Source: Thermoproteota archaeon
GTDB lineage: Archaea > Korarchaeota > Korarchaeia > Korarchaeales > Korarchaeaceae
Length of the DNA stretch: 64,000 nucleotides
NCBI GenBank assembly: GCA_026986575.1
Contig: JALSOH010000009.1
Location: 160,001-224,000 of the forward strand
Reading direction: 5' to 3'
The notes below the pieces were generated by a model. It saw nothing but the letters and a program-made list of their open reading frames with translations, was not told the origin of the DNA and ran no database searches. This document shows positions 59,876-64,000 of this stretch, one piece after another; position 1 is the stretch's first letter; every line of letters begins with the position of its first letter. The translations under genes were made by a program, and so were the position numbers.

Positions 59876-60415
59876 ATGCAACCATGGGCGCTGCTTCTCG
59901 GCTCGGCATTCGGTGCCTTCATAGGGTACGCGGCCAACAGGGTGGCGATATGGATGCTCTTCCATCCTAGGAAGGCCATACGGCTGGGTCCCATTAGGGT
60001 GCAGGGGGTGTTCCCCAAGAGGAGGAGGGAAATTGCCGAGAACATAGCCAATACTGTTGAGAGAAATATCCTCTCCCCGGAAGATGTTAGGGAGATGATC
60101 TCGGAGGCCGTGGAACTAAAACTGAGGGAAGTTAAGTTGCCAATCCCGCTTCCTTCGGAGACGAGGGAGATGTTGGAACTAGCTATAATAAGGGTCGTGG
60201 TAACTGTGACTACGTCTCTTCTCTCTCAGATGAGCGAGAACATGAGCGTGAGCGAGTTCATTTTAAGGAAGTTCGAGGAGGTGAGCGATGAGGAACTTGA
60301 GAGGATGTTTCTAGATGCCGTGGGTAAGGAACTCAGGTACATCGCTCTGAACGACGCCCTCATCGGTGCCCTAGTTGGCGCCCTTGAGATGGCCCTCCTC
60401 TCGTTCCTCCACTGA
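59876..60415 (+). CDS. DUF445/YheB family protein
   Basis: GA.IGY..N.VAI.MLF.P, QG..PKR..EIA, KELRYI. Confidence 0.9.
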   Translation: MQPWALLLGSAFGAFIGYAANRVAIWMLFHPRKAIRLGPIRVQGVFPKRRREIAENIANTVERNILSPEDVREMISEAVELKLREVKLPIPLPSETREMLELAIIRVVVTVTTSLLSQMSENMSVSEFILRKFEEVSDEELERMFLDAVGKELRYIALNDALIGALVGALEMALLSFLH

Positions 60416-60429
60416 TTTCTTTAACATTC

Positions 60430-60780
60430 GATGACGTAGAAGAATTATGGGCTGATGTGGGGCCATCAATGAGCAGTTCAGGATGGAGGGAAGCGTTCGA
60501 TTTCTTGAAGAAGGGACCACCTCAATAAAATCAGGTGCGAACCTGAAAGAGGCAGCTAGACTCAGAAAAGAGCATGACATCGGTTTTACCGATAATTGAA
60601 GAGTCGGGGCCACTTGGTTGGTGTCCTATCTGAGGGGGACACAACTAGGCTCTCATCTAGGGCGAGGTGTACTCCAAGGTATTTGGAAGTCGTGAGGACC
60701 GACATGATCATAGCGAGCGACGATACCGTAGCTATTACTGCCTAACTCCTAGACGAATAGGGATCGGGAACCTAGTAGTG
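60430..60780 (+). pseudogene. Remnants of PIN-toxin and nucleotidyltransferase genes
   Basis: Fragments KEAARLRKEHDIGFTD* (PIN-like) and VFGS...DMIIASD...CLTP (MNT-like). Confidence 0.4.
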
Positions 60781-60875
60781 GTAGGAAGGTGAATTGGAGG
60801 GGGTTTCCCACAAAGGCCTCCATAGGGTCCTGACCTGCGGTGAGGAGCCCTCCTCTCGTTCCTCTTCCAACCCTT

Positions 60876-61301
60876 TTAGGATGAGGGCACCATACGCTGA
60901 AACTCGTAGGGCGTGATTACAAGGGAAGTGGACCATCCTCTATCTTCTAGGAATTTAATGAAGCTCCTGTCAATTGTCAGGAAAAAGAGGTTTGATTCCT
61001 TGGCTGATGCATAGAGGAGGTTATCTATTAAGTCCTTGTGGCCAGAATCGTAAATTCTGAACGCCAGAGAGTAGGCGCTAGGTCCTGGAATCAGCAGGTC
61101 GTAAGTAAGCCTCACAGCCTCTAATCCCAGTTCAAACGGCTCAGAATTGAGTCCCAGTTTAGTATAAATCCAAGAAGCCTCCAACAGGCTCACTTCCATG
61201 TAATGGACCCTCACTTCCCTGAATAGGGGGATCACCTCTTCAGCTTCCCTTTCAACCTCCATGCCAAGGGTGGGTAGGAGGAATGTCGTGTCAATCAGCA
61301 C
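60876..61301 (-). CDS. vapC: PIN-domain toxin
   Basis: LIDTTFLLP, SLLE, HKDLIDNLLYA, FLTID; probable GTG 61301. Confidence 0.88.
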   Translation of the reverse strand: MLIDTTFLLPTLGMEVEREAEEVIPLFREVRVHYMEVSLLEASWIYTKLGLNSEPFELGLEAVRLTYDLLIPGPSAYSLAFRIYDSGHKDLIDNLLYASAKESNLFFLTIDRSFIKFLEDRGWSTSLVITPYEFQRMVPSS

Positions 61302-61539
61302 GTCCAGCTTCTTCCTGTCTCTCAAGACTCTCCTCCTCCAGCTCTTCTAGGGTCACTTTGGCGACCTTCTTCCCATGTAAAGCCAACCAGACCGCGTCCT
61401 TCTTGGGTTCTATGATAATCTTCTCACCCTCGACCTTCATAGCTACTAAGGTTCCCTCCTCAATTCCCACACTCTGGGCGATCTTCTTGGGGATCACTAT
61501 AGTCCGACGCCTCCCGACCCTTACCTCTACTACTGACAT
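61291..61539 (-). CDS. AbrB/MazE-type antitoxin
   Basis: VRVGRRRTIVIPK.IA..VGIEEG; inverted repeat TCAGAAA-N8-TTTCTGA at 61539-61560. Confidence 0.9.
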   Translation of the reverse strand: MSVVEVRVGRRRTIVIPKKIAQSVGIEEGTLVAMKVEGEKIIIEPKKDAVWLALHGKKVAKVTLEELEEESLERQEEAGRAD

Positions 61540-61597
61540 CAGAAAACAACAACTTTCTGAAAATATAATATTTCTGATTCTGATGCGTTCTACCAGC

Positions 61598-62290
61598 TCA
61601 TTCAGTGGCCCTGCCGAGGAACGTCATTCCTGCCATCTTCCTCCTGTAGTCCTCCCTAGTGTATTCTCTGATGACCCCCCATCGCTTTGCGTCCTCTTCC
61701 TTGTCGAAAACTTCGAGTTCGAATAGATCGTAGGTCTTGCAGTTCTTCAGCTCCTCCTCCGACAGTTCCCCGCCCTCGAGTATTATCTTCTGGAGCCTGT
61801 TACCCACTACCCCATTGATCTCTCCCTCAATCCTTATGGCCTCGCCCTTTGCCTTCTTCAGGTCACCTTCCACCACGATCATGCAGTCTATGTCCCTTCC
61901 CATGTAGTAGCGGAACTCGTGGAGTCCCTCACCGCCCATCCTGTCGGCTATGATGAACTTCCTTACCTTCACCTCCCTCAGCTCGAAGAGGCGCCAGATG
62001 ATGAACCAGCACCTTTCCTCCAAGTACTTCTTGAAGAACTTGTAGAACTCCAAGTAAACGAGGTCCAGCTTCTCTAAATCCTCGAACTCGAAGCCAGTGG
62101 TGAAGAGATACATGCACCTCAGGAACGTGCGTGGGACATCTGATCTACTCAATTTCATTCCGTTATGGCTCAGTCGGGAGAGGGCGTAGTCAACAGCCTC
62201 TTCAACCATCCTCTCCAGCTTGTAAAGATAGTAATACTCTTCGCTCTCCTCTCCGATCTTGGTACCCTCTCCCGACATCACACGGCTCAC
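61598..62290 (-). CDS. Hypothetical protein
   Basis: 230-aa ORF with host-like codon use; GRDIDC.IVV weakly resembles a nucleotidyltransferase motif. Confidence 0.7.
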   Translation of the reverse strand: MSRVMSGEGTKIGEESEEYYYLYKLERMVEEAVDYALSRLSHNGMKLSRSDVPRTFLRCMYLFTTGFEFEDLEKLDLVYLEFYKFFKKYLEERCWFIIWRLFELREVKVRKFIIADRMGGEGLHEFRYYMGRDIDCMIVVEGDLKKAKGEAIRIEGEINGVVGNRLQKIILEGGELSEEELKNCKTYDLFELEVFDKEEDAKRWGVIREYTREDYRRKMAGMTFLGRATE

Positions 62291-62394
62291 TACACCCTAC
62301 CAGTAAAGAACATTTCGCTGTGGTAAGTTAACAAGGACCTTGAGGAACCGCTCGTTCGAGGAACACTTATATAAGCTCGAAGGAGGAAGATTCG

Positions 62395-63078
62395 ATGTCT
62401 CTCTCGGCCGAGGAGAAGAAAAAGTTCTTGAAAGCATTGGAGGAGGATGAAGAGTTCAAATTCGCAGTAGCTGGCCTGATCGGTTACAGGGAAATTCTTG
62501 AGCGCATAGTCGAGCTGGAGAGCGGCCAGAAGGAGCTGAAGGAGAGCGTGGAGGGGTTAAAGGAGGGCGTTGAGGGACTGAAGAAGGGGCAGGAGGAGCT
62601 GGAGAGCGGCCAGAAGGAGCTGAAGGAGAGCGTGGAGGGGTTAAAGGAGGGCGTTGAGGGACTGAAGAAGGGGCAGGAGGAGCTCAGGAGGACAGTCAAC
62701 GTCATAGCCCACAGGTTCGGGGTTATATCAGAGATGTCATTCAGGGAGGGGTTGAGGCATGTCTTGGAGGAGGAGTTCGGCGTCGCTGATGTGGGCAGGT
62801 TCGTGATGGAGGACGATGAAGGTCAGGTCTACGGCCATCCGAGTGAGGTGGAGGTCGATGTACTGGTCAAGGACGGCAAGCACATCCTCATAGAGGTGAA
62901 GTCGAGGGTCTCGAAGGGAGACGTGGCCGAGCTCCACAGAGTCGGGAAACTTTACGAAAGGAAAATTGGAATTAAACCTTCTCTGGTGATAATAGGTGGT
63001 TTAATTGATGAAGGGGCCAAGGAACTGGCGGACAGACTAGGCGTGAGGATAATACCCGCTGTCGATTCATCTAGATGA
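62395..63078 (+). CDS. Coiled-coil plus PD-(D/E)xK nuclease protein (DUF3782-like)
   Basis: EK..FLKALEED.EF..AVAG.IG, heptad repeats, G.VYG.PSEVEVDV.....LIEVKS. Confidence 0.88.
   Translation: MSLSAEEKKKFLKALEEDEEFKFAVAGLIGYREILERIVELESGQKELKESVEGLKEGVEGLKKGQEELESGQKELKESVEGLKEGVEGLKKGQEELRRTVNVIAHRFGVISEMSFREGLRHVLEEEFGVADVGRFVMEDDEGQVYGHPSEVEVDVLVKDGKHILIEVKSRVSKGDVAELHRVGKLYERKIGIKPSLVIIGGLIDEGAKELADRLGVRIIPAVDSSR
62512..62684 (+). repeat. Exact in-frame 84-bp tandem duplication (28 aa, four heptads)
   Basis: ELESGQKELKESVEGLKEGVEGLKKGQE x2 with identical DNA (62512-62595, 62596-62679). Confidence 0.93.
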
Positions 63079-63177
63079 CGACACACTTGGGTAATCTCAC
63101 CACCTTCTAAACCCCCTGATAGTCCCTTGGAGGGGGAACTCCATCCCTCTCGACCTGGATTCGCCCAGAAAGAGCTC

Positions 63178-63555
63178 CTAACCCGATAAGCTCAGGAGGC
63201 GAAGATCATCCCTCAATACCACCGCCTCCCTCAGTATCCTCTTCCACCAAGCTTTCTTGAATTGAGAGAGGGCTTCTTGGGGTGTGAGGCACCTTATCTC
63301 GAATCTCGGAGGAAGGAGATCCACTATTAGGTCCACCCTCTCGAGGAACGGTACTCCCCCAAAGGCATCTGATATAACGATCAGGTCCACATCGCTCCAT
63401 AGGTTGAAGTCGCCCCTAGCGTAGCTGCCGTATAGCAGGATCGTAACCTCTCCAAGCCTCTCTTTCAGTTTATTAGATAACCTCACAGCCTCTTCAATAA
63501 CCGCCCTTCTCTCATCCCTCCTCCTCTCCAGCAATTTCCTCAATCCTCGATGCAC
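63178..63555 (-). CDS. Minimal nucleotidyltransferase (MNT)
   Basis: LYGSYARGDF..WSDVDL. Confidence 0.92.
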   Translation of the reverse strand: MHRGLRKLLERRRDERRAVIEEAVRLSNKLKERLGEVTILLYGSYARGDFNLWSDVDLIVISDAFGGVPFLERVDLIVDLLPPRFEIRCLTPQEALSQFKKAWWKRILREAVVLRDDLRLLSLSG

Positions 63556-63934
63556 ACCTCTTCACCCCCTCCAGAACTTTCCTCGCCATGTCACGGGCAG
63601 CTTCGGCATCCTCCAAGCTGAAGAACTCGTAGGGAGATCCTCCGGGGAAGGCGTCAGGATATCTGGCCGGTATGTAGAACTTGCTCAGGTGAAGGACTTC
63701 CCCCTCGAGGTCGGAACCGCATATCTCCTTGAACTCCTCATGTAGCTTCTTGAGATCGTGGCTGAAGGCCTCCCTTCCAGCTCCCCTCAGGAGAGCCTTG
63801 AATGCTAGTTCAGCGGCCTGTTGAGCCTTGAAGCACGCCCAGTCGAAGCTGCCGTTCCTGATATCCGCTTCAATTGACCTGAGCGTATGTTCCGCCTGAG
63901 CGATCCACCTCCTGTACTCCTCCCAGTCAAACAT
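63512..63934 (-). CDS. HEPN domain protein
   Basis: WACF.AQQAAE.A.KA, HDL, Y.PARYPD. Confidence 0.92.
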   Translation of the reverse strand: MFDWEEYRRWIAQAEHTLRSIEADIRNGSFDWACFKAQQAAELAFKALLRGAGREAFSHDLKKLHEEFKEICGSDLEGEVLHLSKFYIPARYPDAFPGGSPYEFFSLEDAEAARDMARKVLEGVKRCASRIEEIAGEEEG

Positions 63935-64000
63935 CCGGTGAAATGGGACTTTCTCTCCAATTAAAAATTCCTGATCGTGTTAACTAGCCTCTCTAGCAAC

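Overview
Archaeal chromosomal segment from a probable thermophile. GGTGA/GGAGG ribosome-binding sites, TTTATA-type promoters, AGG/ATA codon use and gene content suggest a TACK archaeon, possibly Korarchaeota-like; this is inference only. GC-rich housekeeping blocks alternate with AT-richer accessory blocks. Housekeeping content: pstSCAB-phoU, lipoate ligase, a ferritin-like/superoxide reductase/Lrp cluster, transporters and an Ldh_2 dehydrogenase. Accessory content: (i) 1.1-6.0 kb, with pseudogenes, a pilin-like gene and two Roadblock genes; (ii) a stand-alone nurA-herA pair with a 360-aa intein in the HerA P-loop, divergent from a CARF-like/wHTH regulator; (iii) a toxin-antitoxin island at 32-42 kb with intact and decayed modules, palindromic operators and a nuclease-ParA-nuclease module whose ParA is cut by a G8 tract; (iv) three tandem surface-protein paralogues with an S-layer-like C-terminus; (v) more TA modules at the right end. 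The clearest sequence-level oddity is a full-length isopropylmalate/citramalate-synthase homologue with its metal-binding and core active-site motifs replaced, a likely pseudoenzyme. I saw no rRNA, tRNA, CRISPR array or transposase. All family assignments come from motif recognition, not database searches.
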